DNA of 64,000 nucleotides from an uncultured Gemmatimonadaceae bacterium (GTDB taxonomy: Bacteria > Gemmatimonadota > Gemmatimonadetes > Gemmatimonadales > Gemmatimonadaceae): NCBI GenBank assembly GCA_963751275.1, contig CAVVTZ010000010.1, positions 19,012 to 83,011 on the forward strand. Reading direction: 5' to 3'. Shown in pieces: positions 21,039 to 30,539 of the stretch. A model generated the notes under the pieces. It had not been told where the DNA came from and searched no databases. It worked only from the letters and a program-made list of their open reading frames with translations. A program made the position numbers and the translations under genes. Numbering within the stretch: position 1 is the first letter of the stretch; every line of letters begins with the position of its first letter.

Positions 21039-21700
21039 ACCGCGCCGTCGCCGGCGCGGCATTCGCGCTGGCGGCGCTCGTGGGGGCGAGTGGCGCGCAG
21101 TCGGCCACGGCCACGCTCGAGCGCGCGGCCGCCGTCTATGCGAAGATGCGAACGGCCAAAGTGAGCTTCACGCAAACGGTGGACAACCCGCTCACCGGCC
21201 ACGGCGTCGATTCCAAGGGCGAGATGCTGCAGCGGCTGCCGGGACGCTACGCGGTGAGCTTCACGCAGCCGGCCGGCGACCGCATCGTGTCCGACGGCAA
21301 GGCGGTGTGGATCTACCTGCCGAGCACGAATCCCGGCCAGGTGATCCGCATGACCGTGGGCGAGGGGGGCGCGAAGATCCCCGATTTCACGACGTGGCTG
21401 GTGGATTCACCCACCCAGCGTTTCGTCATCACCGACGGCGGCACGGCGGTGATCGGCGGCCATGCGACGCACATCGTGGGCCTCACGCCGCGCGGCCGCA
21501 ACGCGCCCTTCGCCTTCGCGAGACTCTGGATCGACGACGCCGACGCGATCGTGCGCCAGTTCGAGACCAAGGATGCGAACGGCAGCATGCGCCGCGTGCG
21601 GATCGATGCGATCCAGATGAATGTGCCGGTGAGCGACGGGAATTTCATCTTCACGCCGCCGGCGGGCGTGAAGGTGTACGACCAAGGCGCGGCGAACTAG
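21035..21700 (+). CDS. lolA: Outer-membrane lipoprotein carrier LolA family
   Basis: Signal peptide; [14 protein letters not shown] and FTPPAGV motifs. Confidence 0.85.
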   Translation: MNRAVAGAAFALAALVGASGAQSATATLERAAAVYAKMRTAKVSFTQTVDNPLTGHGVDSKGEMLQRLPGRYAVSFTQPAGDRIVSDGKAVWIYLPSTNPGQVIRMTVGEGGAKIPDFTTWLVDSPTQRFVITDGGTAVIGGHATHIVGLTPRGRNAPFAFARLWIDDADAIVRQFETKDANGSMRRVRIDAIQMNVPVSDGNFIFTPPAGVKVYDQGAAN

Positions 21701-21706
21701 ACACTT

Positions 21707-21874
21707 CTGACGGCGAGAGTGACGACGCTGACGGCGAGGGTGACGACGCTGACGGCGCCTGTGATCGTTGACGTGTGGCAACGGCCGCGGCGTGCGTAGT
21801 TGCTACACGTCAACGATCACAGGCGCCCCCAGCGGTGTCACCCTCGCCGTCAGCGGTGTTACTCTCGCCGTCAG
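21707..21874. repeat. Long palindrome (about 76-nt arms) with 21-nt units, family C, between convergent genes
   Basis: TGACGGCGAG(A/G)GTGACGACGC units are mirrored on the far arm; inner arms GGCGCCTGTGATCGTTGACGTGT match exactly. Confidence 0.9.
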
Positions 21875-21877
21875 CCG

Positions 21878-22726
21878 TCAGCTCGTGCCCCTGAGCACCG
21901 CCGTGATCTCCGCGAGCTTGGCGGGATCGGTGCCCGCCTTCCTCGCGAGGTCCACCGCCGCGAGCGACAGCGCGCGATAGAGCGCGAGCAGCTCCGGCGT
22001 CGCCGCGAGCGCGGCCAAATGCCGCCGCACGGTCTCGGCATCGCCACGCACGATCGGCCCGGTGAGCGCCTGCGCGCTCGGCTTCGCGCGCACGTTGTCC
22101 GCGCCAGCGGAGAAGAGCGGCATGAGCGCGGCGCGCGCATCGTCCGCGCCGATCCCGATCTGCGCGAAGAGCGCTTCGCCGCTCGCCATCAGCAGCGCCG
22201 GGAAGTTCGACGCGAACACCGCGGCCGCGTGGTACCGCACCTTCTCGCCCGCGGGGATCTCGAGCGTCCGCGATCCCAGCGCCGCCGCGAGCGACTGCGC
22301 CGCTTCTCGCGCGCGCGCGTCGCCATCCAGGCCGAACCACGCTCTCCCGATGCTCGTCGCGGCGCGCGCCGGATCCGTGAACGCGAGCAGCGGGTGCATC
22401 GTGCCGCATGGGTGGCCCTGCGCGCGCAACGCGGCGAGCGCCAGGGGATCGGCGCTGCCGCTCGCGTGCAGCACCACCGCGCCCGGCGCCAGCGACGCGC
22501 TCACGAGCGAGGTCAGCACCTCTTCCAGCTGCGGATCGCGCACGGTGACGAGCACCACGGTGGCGCGCGCGATCGAGACGGGCAGCGGTCCCGCGGTGAT
22601 CGCGTCGGGCCCACTCTGCGGCTTCCGGCCGTGCAGTCCGACCACATCCACCCCCGCCGCCTTCCACGCGCGCGCGAGCGCGGTGCCGACGCGGCCCGCG
22701 CCCAGCACGAACACGCGCTCACTCAC
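21878..22726 (-). CDS. Rossmann-like + DUF2520 oxidoreductase (PanG-like)
   Basis: GAGRVG, HASGS, MHPL, YHAAAVFASN and LTGPIVRGD motifs. Confidence 0.88.
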   Translation of the reverse strand: MSERVFVLGAGRVGTALARAWKAAGVDVVGLHGRKPQSGPDAITAGPLPVSIARATVVLVTVRDPQLEEVLTSLVSASLAPGAVVLHASGSADPLALAALRAQGHPCGTMHPLLAFTDPARAATSIGRAWFGLDGDARAREAAQSLAAALGSRTLEIPAGEKVRYHAAAVFASNFPALLMASGEALFAQIGIGADDARAALMPLFSAGADNVRAKPSAQALTGPIVRGDAETVRRHLAALAATPELLALYRALSLAAVDLARKAGTDPAKLAEITAVLRGTS

Positions 22727-24339
22727 GGCGCCGCCGGAACGTCTTCGTGTCTCGCCGCCCGCTGCTCGGCCGCGCGCGTGAGCAGGTCCTTCTCGCTCTG
22801 CGCGCCCGCGGCGAGCGCGAGCGCCTGCGTCACCACGCGGTCGTCGTCGAGCCGCTTGCGCCACGCCGCCTCGGCGCCGAGCGCATCGCGCGCGATCTCA
22901 TCGCCCAGCATGCGGGAGATGGCCGCGGCCGCGGCATCGTATTGCGCGCGGCTCAGGTGCACCCCCTTCGCCTGCGCGCGCCGGAACAGATCGTCGCGCA
23001 TCGCCGGCGTGATCGTGATCGCCGTGCCGCGCACCGCGCCGTCGCCGCGCGCCTGCGTCGCAACGTCCACCATCGCGTCGCGGAGCTTGGGCAGGTCGCG
23101 CCCCAGTTCGCGGATCAGCGCGAGCGTGCCGTCCGCGGAATCCTGCGGCGTCACGATGATGTCGGGGGTGATCCCGCCGCCGCCGTACACCGTGCGTCCG
23201 GCGTCGGTGCGATACGGCTTCCGCTGCGAGAGCGGGCGCTCGCGCAGCGTGTCGGTGTCCGTGGCGTCGCCCGGCTCAGGGTGCGGCCGCTGGATGCTGC
23301 GCCCGCTCGGCGTGAACCAGAGCGCCGTCGTGAGCCGCAGCGCGTGCTGCTCGCCCTCGAGATCGAAGATCGACTGCGCGCTCCCCTTCCCGTACGTGGT
23401 CGAGCCCATCACCACCGCGCGGTCGTGGTCCTGCAGCGCCCCGGCGACGATCTCCGACGCGCTGGCGCTCCCCTCGTCCACCAGCACGATCACCAGCAGG
23501 CCGGGCCAGAGCTGCGGATGCTCATCGCTGATCGTGACCGTGCTCGCCGGCGTGCGGCCGCGCAGCGACACCACCGCCTGCCCCTCGTCCAGGAACTCAT
23601 CGCTCACGCCGACGCCCTGCACGAGCAGCCCGCCGGGGTCGCCCCGCAGGTCGAGCAGGATCGTGCGCGCGCCCGCAGAGCGCAGCCGCTCCACCGCGCG
23701 GCGCAATTCCACCGCGCTCGAGTCCGCGAACACCGCGAGCTGCACGTAGCCCGCGTCGCCCGTGAGCATCATCGCGTGGCGCACCGGGTTCAGATGGATC
23801 GCCGCGCGCGTGACGACGATCGGGATGTGTCCGGCGACGCCCGGCCGCTCCACGAGCAGCGTGACCTTGGTGCCCGGCGCGCCGCGTAGTCCGGCGCGCG
23901 CCGAGTCGGCGAGCCGCGCGCTCACCACCTTTCCATCGATCTCGAGGATCCGGTCGCCGGCGCGCAAGCCCGCGATCTCCGCGGGCGAGCCCGCCAGCGG
24001 CGCGATCACGCTCAGCCAGCCATCACGCACATCGATCTGCACGCCGAGCCCATCGTACTGGCCCGCGGTGGTCTCGGTCAGCCGCTTGAAGAGGCGCTCA
24101 TCGAGGAGCGACGAGTTGGGATCGTGCAGCTCCGCGACCATCCCGGTGGCCGCCTTGGCGTAGAGGTCCGCCGGATCGAGGGAGTCCACGTAGTTGTCCT
24201 CGACGTGCGCGAGCACCTGGTCGAAGAGCGTCGCGCGCGCGACACCGCCGCCGGCCAGCGAACCGCGCAGCAGCTGGCCGCCGGCGAACATCACGACGGC
24301 GAAGAGCGCCAAGGCCGTGAGGGTGCGGCCGCGGGTCAT
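22723..24339 (-). CDS. ctpA: Carboxyl-terminal processing protease (S41) with PDZ domain
   Basis: DLRGDPGG, SASASEIVAGALQD, TYGKG and TPSGRSI motifs. Confidence 0.9.
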   Translation of the reverse strand: MTRGRTLTALALFAVVMFAGGQLLRGSLAGGGVARATLFDQVLAHVEDNYVDSLDPADLYAKAATGMVAELHDPNSSLLDERLFKRLTETTAGQYDGLGVQIDVRDGWLSVIAPLAGSPAEIAGLRAGDRILEIDGKVVSARLADSARAGLRGAPGTKVTLLVERPGVAGHIPIVVTRAAIHLNPVRHAMMLTGDAGYVQLAVFADSSAVELRRAVERLRSAGARTILLDLRGDPGGLLVQGVGVSDEFLDEGQAVVSLRGRTPASTVTISDEHPQLWPGLLVIVLVDEGSASASEIVAGALQDHDRAVVMGSTTYGKGSAQSIFDLEGEQHALRLTTALWFTPSGRSIQRPHPEPGDATDTDTLRERPLSQRKPYRTDAGRTVYGGGGITPDIIVTPQDSADGTLALIRELGRDLPKLRDAMVDVATQARGDGAVRGTAITITPAMRDDLFRRAQAKGVHLSRAQYDAAAAAISRMLGDEIARDALGAEAAWRKRLDDDRVVTQALALAAGAQSEKDLLTRAAEQRAARHEDVPAAP

Positions 24340-25007
24340 TGGGCGGCCTCGAACGATGAGGGCCAGCGCGCCGAGAGCGCCGCGAGCACGCGGTCGAACA
24401 CGGCACTCTCGTCGCCCGAGCCGTCGATCGCGACGATCGGGCCGCACTCCGGATGCGCGGCCTGCCACTCGGCGCCGGCGAAGAGCGTGAACGCCGCCGC
24501 CACGCGCTCGTGGAAGTCGGCGCCGGCCCGCTCGATCTTGTCGGCGTGGCCGCGCGCCGTGGCGCGCGCGTCGCGCACCGCGGCGTCGAGCGTGAACACC
24601 AGCGTCACATCGGGCACGAGGCCGCCCGTGGCGAGCGCATTCGCGGTGCGCACCGGCTCGAACGGCAGGCCGCGGCCGTGCACCTGGTACGCGTATGTCG
24701 AGAGGAAGAAGCGGTCCGCGAGCACGAACTCGCCGCGGTCGAGCGCGGGCCGGATCACGCGTTCCACCAGCTCCGCGCGCGACGCCATGAACAGCATCGC
24801 CTCGGCGCGCGGCGTGAGATCGGCGTGCTTGGGATCCAGGAGCCAGCGGCGGATGTCGTCGCCGAGCGCCGTGCCGCCGGGCTCGCGCACCGCGGTGTGG
24901 GCCACGCGGTTGCGCGCGAGCCACGCGGTGAGGCGCGCGAGTTGGGTGGTCTTGCCCGCCCCCTCCGGCGCCTCGAACACGATGAGCCGCCCGGGCGTGT
25001 TGCTCAC
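24336..25007 (-). CDS. tmk: Thymidylate kinase
   Basis: EGAGKTT, REPGGT and DRFFLST.AYQ motifs. Confidence 0.94.
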   Translation of the reverse strand: MSNTPGRLIVFEAPEGAGKTTQLARLTAWLARNRVAHTAVREPGGTALGDDIRRWLLDPKHADLTPRAEAMLFMASRAELVERVIRPALDRGEFVLADRFFLSTYAYQVHGRGLPFEPVRTANALATGGLVPDVTLVFTLDAAVRDARATARGHADKIERAGADFHERVAAAFTLFAGAEWQAAHPECGPIVAIDGSGDESAVFDRVLAALSARWPSSFEAAQ

Positions 25008-25357
25008 CCCAGCGTGATGATCGGGCTCGCCGCGCCGCGTCGGATCCCGTCCAGGATCCACTCGTTCACGCGCGCCATGAGCTTGTCGAAGTTCTCCTGC
25101 GCCACCATCACGGCCTGGTACACGGGGCTGCCCTGCACCTTGAGGAGCAGCTCGTCCAGCTGCTGCTCCATCGCCTCGGTGGGCTGCTCGCCGCGCTCGA
25201 TCATCGCCTGCGCGTCCCGGCGGATCTGCTCCATCTGCTTCAAGACGGCCACGGCATCGGTGTTCGCCGTGAGCGCTTCGTTCGCGCGCTTCACCGCCTG
25301 GTATTCGCTGCTCTGGCCGATCAGCCGGCCGATCTCCTTCGCACGGTCCTCGAGCAC
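25004..25357 (-). CDS. YlbF/YmcA-like helical protein
   Basis: A..IG..I.QS.EY N-terminal pattern; 117 aa; coupled to neighbours. Confidence 0.65.
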   Translation of the reverse strand: MLEDRAKEIGRLIGQSSEYQAVKRANEALTANTDAVAVLKQMEQIRRDAQAMIERGEQPTEAMEQQLDELLLKVQGSPVYQAVMVAQENFDKLMARVNEWILDGIRRGAASPIITLG

Positions 25358-25358
25358 G

Positions 25359-26244
25359 TCACTCCTCTCCTCGTCTCGCCAGCAGGAAGCGTTCCCGTCC
25401 CGCGAGATCGAGTCTCACGGACACGTCGCGGTAATGGCCGTCGGCGAGGGCGAGCTCCGCCGCCAGCGATGCGCGCCGGCTGTCGACTTCGAGCGCCAGC
25501 AGGCCGCCCGCCTCGAGCACCGTGTGCGCCCCGTGAATGATACACGCGATGTCGCGCATTCCGGAGTCCTCGGCGAAGAGCGCCACCGGCGGCTCCCAGT
25601 CGCGCACCGACGCGGGCAGCGCGCCCGCTTCGCCGCTGCGCAATGTAGGGCGGATTGGACGCCACCGCGCGCGCGCGCACGCCGGCGAGCGGCGCGAGCC
25701 ATTCACCCGCGCGGAATTCCACCGGGCAATTCAACATCGGCGCGCAGGCCGCGGCGTTCGCGCGGGCCACGGCGAGCGCGCCATTGCTAATGTCGGTCGC
25801 GATCACGCGCGCGAACCGGCCCTCCTGCGCCAGCGCGAGCGCGATCGCCCCGCTGCCGGTGCCGAGGTCCACCGCCGTGCCGCCGGATTCGTCCGTCATC
25901 TCATCCAGTACGCGTTGGACCAGTTCCTCGGTTTCGACGCGAGGGATCAGCACGCGCTCATCGACGGCGAGCGTGAGGTGCCGGAAGGCGGCGCGGCCCA
26001 CCGCATAGGCGAAGGGCGCACCGTTCGCCCGGCGCGCGGCGGCGGCGCGCATGGCGGCGGCGTGGTCGGCGCTCACCGACTCGCCCGCGTGCGACGCGGC
26101 CCAGAATCGCGGCGCATCGAGCAGCGCAGCCACGATGTCCGCGGCCTCGCGCTTCGCCTCGGGAATGCGCGCGGCCGTCAGGACGGCGGCGAGTTCCTCC
26201 ACCAGTGGCGATACCGCGGCGCCGCTCGCGTCAGTCGGCGCCAC
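25359..26244 (-). CDS. prmC: Release factor glutamine methyltransferase; frameshift near 25640
   Basis: VLIPRVETE, DLGTGSGAIA, SNPPY and EP..ALF motifs; follows prfA. Confidence 0.93.
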
Positions 26245-27301
26245 CGAGCTTCTCCTCGACCTCGGCCATCGCGAGCGCCTCGATGAGCGGATCGAGCTCG
26301 CCCTCGAGCGTGCGCGACAACTCGTGGATCGTGAAATTGATCCGGTGGTCGGTGACGCGGTTCTGCGGAAAGTTGTAGGTGCGGATCTTGGCCGAGCGGT
26401 CGCCGGTGCCCACCTGCGTCTTCCGCATGCGCGAGCGCTCGGCCTCCTGCTCCGCGAGCCGCGCGTCGAGCAGGCGCGCGCGCAGCACTTCCATGGCCTT
26501 GAGCTTGTTCTGCAGCTGCGACTTCTGGTCCTGCTGGCTGACCACGAGGCCGGTGGGGATGTGCGTGATGCGCACCGCGCTGTCGGTGGTGTTCACGCTC
26601 TGGCCGCCGGGGCCGGACGAGCGGAAGACATCGATGCGAGGTCCTTCTGCTCGATCTTGATGTCGACCTCCTCGGCCTCGGGCAGCACGGCGACCGTGGC
26701 GGCCGAGGTGTGGATGCGCCCCTGCGCCTCGGTGGCGGGCACGCGCTGCACGCGGTGCACGCCGCTCTCGCGGCGGAGCCGGCCGAACGCGGCGTCGCCC
26801 TTCGACCTTGAAGATCGCTTCCTTGATCCCGCCCAGCGCGCCCTCGGAGCGTTGCAGCAACTCGACCTTCCAGCCCTGCCGCTCGGCGTAGCGCGTGTAC
26901 ATGCGCACGAGGTCGGCGGCGAAGAGTGCGGCTTCGTCGCCGCCGGTGCCGGCGCGGATCTCGAAGATGGCGGGGCGGTCGTCGAGCGGATCGCGCGGCA
27001 CAAGGAGCGGCGGCAGCTTCGCTTCGATCTCGGCGATCTCCGCGGAGAGGCGGTCGTTCTCGGCGCGCGCTTCGGCGGCCATGTCGGCGTCGGCGGCGGT
27101 GAGCAGCTCCGCCAGCTGCGCGCGCTCGCTCTCGGCGCGCGCGAGGCGGCCGGCGAGTTCGGCTATGGGGGTGAGGCGCCGGTGCTCCCGGCCGAGTTCG
27201 GCGATCCGGCCGGAGTCGCGGGGCCCGACCGGATTCGCCAGCTCGCGCTCGATCTCATCGAAGCGCGCGAGCGCCTGCGCGAGGAGATCGCGGAGGCTCA
27301 G
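26231..27301 (-). CDS. prfA: Peptide chain release factor 1; compensating indels near 26800 and 26640; apparent CTG start
   Basis: [17 protein letters not shown] (PxT), GPGGQ and IRTYNFPQ motifs. Confidence 0.93.
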   Translation of the reverse strand: MSLRDLLAQALARFDEIERELANPVGPRDSGRIAELGREHRRLTPIAELAGRLARAESERAQLAELLTAADADMAAEARAENDRLSAEIAEIEAKLPPLLVPRDPLDDRPAIFEIRAGTGGDEAALFAADLVRMYTRYAERQGWKVELLQRSEGALGGIKEAIFKVEGRRRVRPAPPRERRAPRAARARHRGAGAHPHLGRHGRRAARGRGGRHQDRAEGPRIDVFRSSGPGGQSVNTTDSAVRITHIPTGLVVSQQDQKSQLQNKLKAMEVLRARLLDARLAEQEAERSRMRKTQVGTGDRSAKIRTYNFPQNRVTDHRINFTIHELSRTLEGELDPLIEALAMAEVEEKLGGAD

Positions 27302-27501
27302 CTCTCCCTACCGTACTTCTGACGGAAGCGTTCGACGCGACCCGCGGTGTCCATCAGCTTCTGCTTGCCGGTGTAGAACGGGTGGCAATTCGAGCAGACG
27401 TCGGTATGGATCTCGCCCTGGGTCGAGCGGGTGGTGAACGTGTTGCCACAAGCGCACTTGACGACGGCGGTGGCGTAGGTGGGATGGATTTCCTTCTTCA
27501 C
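27298..27501 (-). CDS. rpmE: 50S ribosomal protein L31 (Zn-binding type)
   Basis: [20 protein letters not shown] and GRVERF motifs. Confidence 0.97.
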   Translation of the reverse strand: MKKEIHPTYATAVVKCACGNTFTTRSTQGEIHTDVCSNCHPFYTGKQKLMDTAGRVERFRQKYGRES

Positions 27502-27534
27502 TTTGGGTTCCTCGAGGATTTCGGGTAGCCGCGT

Positions 27535-27564
27535 AATATACCGACTTTCTAGGCCCGAATTCAA
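27535..27564 (-). promoter_or_regulatory. Putative sigma70 promoter of the rpmE-prfA operon
   Basis: TTGAAT-18 nt-TATATT on the minus strand. Confidence 0.5.
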
Positions 27565-27565
27565 C

Positions 27566-27953
27566 CCCGAAGGCCGTGAGGCGTGAGGCGTGCGGCGAAC
27601 GGATCGAACAGCGTGAGGCGCGACCCGAACGCCGTGAGGCGCACCCGAACGCCGTGAGGCGCGACCCGAACGCCGTGAGGCGCGACCCGAACGCCGTGAG
27701 GCGTGAGGCGTGCGGCGAAGGGATTGTACAGCGTGAGGCGCGCCCCGCTCACCGTGAGGCGTGAGGCGAGGAGTCACTCCGTCGCACGCCACTCGCCTCA
27801 CGGGGTTCGGGGTGCGCCTCACGCCTTATGCAGGAGTTCCTCGCACGCCTCACGCCTCACGGGGTTCGGGGTGCGCCTCACGCCTTATAAGCAGGAGTTC
27901 CGTCGCACGCCTCACGCCTCACGGGGTTCGGGGTGCGCCTCACGGCCTTCGGG
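27566..27953. repeat. About 390-bp palindromic array of CGTGAGG heptamer / 21-nt units, family D
   Basis: Perfect 18-bp terminal inverted repeat CCCGAAGGCCGTGAGGCG; left half has CGTGAGGCGCGACCCGAACGC units, right half has about 57-nt repeats in the opposite orientation. Confidence 0.9.
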
Positions 27954-27988
27954 TCGCCACTTCCGCCCCTAAGGCGGCGTTTCGTTCT

Positions 27989-28017
27989 TTGACAGTGCAA
28001 CCCGCCAGCCGTAAGTT
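27989..28017 (+). promoter_or_regulatory. Putative sigma70 promoter of the CsgG/Crp operon
   Basis: TTGACA-17 nt-TAAGTT, 30 nt before the ATG at 28048. Confidence 0.65.
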
Positions 28018-28047
28018 GGCACGGCCTAATTAATCCTCATTTCCGCG

Positions 28048-29331
28048 ATGGTTCTCATGCGTATCCCCTCGTCGGCGTTCGCCGGGATCCTGGCTGCGGC
28101 CGGAGCCATCGGCTGTGCCGGGAAGCCCGCCCTCGAGCCGATCTCGCCCGCCTCGGCAGTGGAGCAGCTCGGCGCGGCGACGATCGCCTTTGCGGCCGAT
28201 CCGGGGAACCCGAGCCTGCGCGTGGCCTACGGCCGTGCCCAGTACCTCTCCAACCAGGACGTGGCGGCACGCCGGACGCTGGAACCCCTGCTCGCGACCG
28301 GCGGTTCCACGGGAGCGGACGCGAACCTGTACGCCGGCGCCGCGGCGCAGCGGATGGGCAACCTGGCCGATGCGCGCGTCGACTATCTGCGCTACCTCTC
28401 GATCGCCGGGAAGAACCAGGATGTCGAAGCGCGGCTGGGCGATATCGCGCGCCAGGAGGCGATGCTGTCCGCGCAGCAGTCGATCAAGAACGAGCAGCTT
28501 CTGAATCCCGCGACCTTCCCCGCGTCGGCGGTCGGCGTCTCGCCGCTGGTCGTGCCGCAGAGCGACACCACGCTCGCGCCGCTCGGCTACGGCGTCGCGG
28601 ACCTGCTCATCGCCGATCTCAGCATCAGCCCGCAGTTGCAGATCGTGGACCGCGTGCGCGTGGACGCCGTGCTCCGCGAGCTCGAACTCTCGAAGAGCGG
28701 CCGCACCGACACGACCTCGGCGCCGGCCCTGGGCAAGCTCGTCGGCGCGAGCCGCATGGTGAACGGCGAGATCCGCTCGGGCCTCAAGAATCACATCACG
28801 ATGGACGCCCAGGTCACGAGCGTGGAGCGCGGCGCCATCGTCGGGAAGCCGGTATCGGAGCAGACGGCGATGGTCGAGATCCTCGACGGCGAGAAGCGTC
28901 TCGCGCTGCAGCTGTTCGGTGAACTGGGCGTCACGCTCACGCCGGCGCAGATGCAGGCGGTGCGGAAGCGTCCCACGCGGTATCTCTCCGCCTTCCTCGC
29001 GTACTCGCGCGGCGCCGCCGCGGAGGCGCAATGGAATCTCGACGCGGCCGAGTCGTACTACGTAGGCGCGCTCTCGATCGATCCCGGATTCATCCTGGCG
29101 CAGCAGCGCCTCGCGGCGGTGCGTTCGAGCAGCGGCCGGCCGCGCGCGCACGATCTGCCGATCGATCCGGACAACTGGAGCCAGAACATCCTGGGCGGCG
29201 TCACGCAGGGGATCAATCCAAGTCCCGGCGACGTGGTCGGTTCGGCCGGCAACACGACGAACGCGCCGCTCGACGCCGCACTCACCGCGGCGTCGCAGGG
29301 CACGATCATCATCATCATCGGAACGCCCTAA
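28048..29331 (+). CDS. TPR + CsgG/HfaB/FlgO-like lipoprotein
   Basis: Lipobox-like AIGC; TPR-like helices; LQIVDRVRVDAVLRELELS...LGKLVGA. Confidence 0.75.
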   Translation: MVLMRIPSSAFAGILAAAGAIGCAGKPALEPISPASAVEQLGAATIAFAADPGNPSLRVAYGRAQYLSNQDVAARRTLEPLLATGGSTGADANLYAGAAAQRMGNLADARVDYLRYLSIAGKNQDVEARLGDIARQEAMLSAQQSIKNEQLLNPATFPASAVGVSPLVVPQSDTTLAPLGYGVADLLIADLSISPQLQIVDRVRVDAVLRELELSKSGRTDTTSAPALGKLVGASRMVNGEIRSGLKNHITMDAQVTSVERGAIVGKPVSEQTAMVEILDGEKRLALQLFGELGVTLTPAQMQAVRKRPTRYLSAFLAYSRGAAAEAQWNLDAAESYYVGALSIDPGFILAQQRLAAVRSSSGRPRAHDLPIDPDNWSQNILGGVTQGINPSPGDVVGSAGNTTNAPLDAALTAASQGTIIIIIGTP

Positions 29332-30539
29332 TGCCCTTCGGACGTCCGGCCGGCGCCGCCATCGCGGCGCTCTGCCTGTTCGCCGCCGCGCCGCGCGCGG
29401 CCGCTCAGCTCCCCTTCGACGGGAAGACGGGATTCACCGTCGCGCCCGTGTATCAGCAGTGGAGCTTCGGCTGCTGCTCGAGCGACACCGTGCCCGCCTC
29501 GCTCAAGAGCGCGCAGGAACTCACCGTGCCGCTCGCCGGCGCGTTCGCGATCGGCAAGCGCGTGCTGATCGACGGCTACGTCGCGTACGTGAGCGGCTCC
29601 GCCACCTCGCGCGACTCGGCCAACCTCCCCTCGCAGACCGTGCGCGTGAACGGCTTCACCGACATGACCGTGCGCGCCGGATTCCGGCTGCACGGCGACG
29701 ACGCGATCATCACCGCGGGCGTCAACCTACCGACGGGGCTCACGAACCTCGACTCCTCGCAGTTCGGCGCGATGCGCGTGCTCGGCTCGCCGGTGCTCGC
29801 GGCCGCGTCGCCGGTGCTCGGCAGCGGCTTCGGTTTCACCGTGGGCGGCGTGTACGCGAAGAAGATCTCGGGCTGGGCCTGGGGGCTGGGCGCCTCGTAT
29901 CAGTACCGCACCCAGTACTCGCCCATGCAGGCGGCGGCGCTCGGGCTCGGCACGTCGGTCACCAACGTGGAGCTCGCGCCGGGGTCGGCGTTCCGCGTGT
30001 CGGTGGGCACCAATGGATTGGTCGGCTCGGGGGCGATGGCCTTCAGCTTCGCGGGCACGTTCTACACGCAGGACAATCTGACCCGCACGCTGCCGGGCGA
30101 CACCATACTCCAGACGCAGGTGACGCTCGGGCCGATGCTGCAGGGCGAATGGCGCTGGCGCACGCAGGCGCCGGGTTTCCGCACGCTCAACGTGTTCGCG
30201 TACGATCGCTACGTGTCGCGCTACACGAGCGCGGGCAAGACCGTGCCCGGCACGAACGGGAATTTCCTGTACTTCGGCGTGAACGGGATCACGCCGCTGA
30301 ACCCGGACGTCGGGCTCGTGACGCAGCTCCACGGGCGCTGGCTCACCGGGCTCACGATCGACAACACCCTCCCGACGGCGGCGACGTTCACGATGGGCGC
30401 CGGCGCGGGCGTCGGCTGGTTCGCCGGGTCGTTCGTGCTCACGCCGATGCTCGGCGCGGAGTTCGGGAACATCCAATCGGGCACGAACACGTTCGGCGTG
30501 AGCGAGTGGCAGTTCTCCTTCACCATAGGCAGCCGCTGA
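29331..30539 (+). CDS. Predicted outer-membrane beta-barrel protein
   Basis: Signal peptide ending AAAQ; alternating aromatic/Gly strands; terminal strand WQFSFTIG. Confidence 0.7.
   Translation: MPFGRPAGAAIAALCLFAAAPRAAAQLPFDGKTGFTVAPVYQQWSFGCCSSDTVPASLKSAQELTVPLAGAFAIGKRVLIDGYVAYVSGSATSRDSANLPSQTVRVNGFTDMTVRAGFRLHGDDAIITAGVNLPTGLTNLDSSQFGAMRVLGSPVLAAASPVLGSGFGFTVGGVYAKKISGWAWGLGASYQYRTQYSPMQAAALGLGTSVTNVELAPGSAFRVSVGTNGLVGSGAMAFSFAGTFYTQDNLTRTLPGDTILQTQVTLGPMLQGEWRWRTQAPGFRTLNVFAYDRYVSRYTSAGKTVPGTNGNFLYFGVNGITPLNPDVGLVTQLHGRWLTGLTIDNTLPTAATFTMGAGAGVGWFAGSFVLTPMLGAEFGNIQSGTNTFGVSEWQFSFTIGSR

Noticed and set aside
19985..21700. AroF-LolA fusion, and other long composite ORFs (36362-39835, 47209-50415, 29459-31219)
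   Set aside because: These arise from indels and the scarcity of stop codons in GC-rich off-frames; each real gene has its own start
26593..26830. Programmed frameshift in a release factor gene
   Set aside because: The gene is RF1 (PxT motif), not RF2; there is no CTTTGA site, and the two indels compensate each other
27566..27953. CRISPR array
   Set aside because: No unique spacers of constant length, repeats are tandem and invert midway, and no cas genes are present
27502..28033. Repeat-rich ORFs and an N-terminally extended L31
   Set aside because: The 7-aa periodicity simply reflects the 21-nt DNA repeat; rpmE has its own RBS and GTG start at 27501
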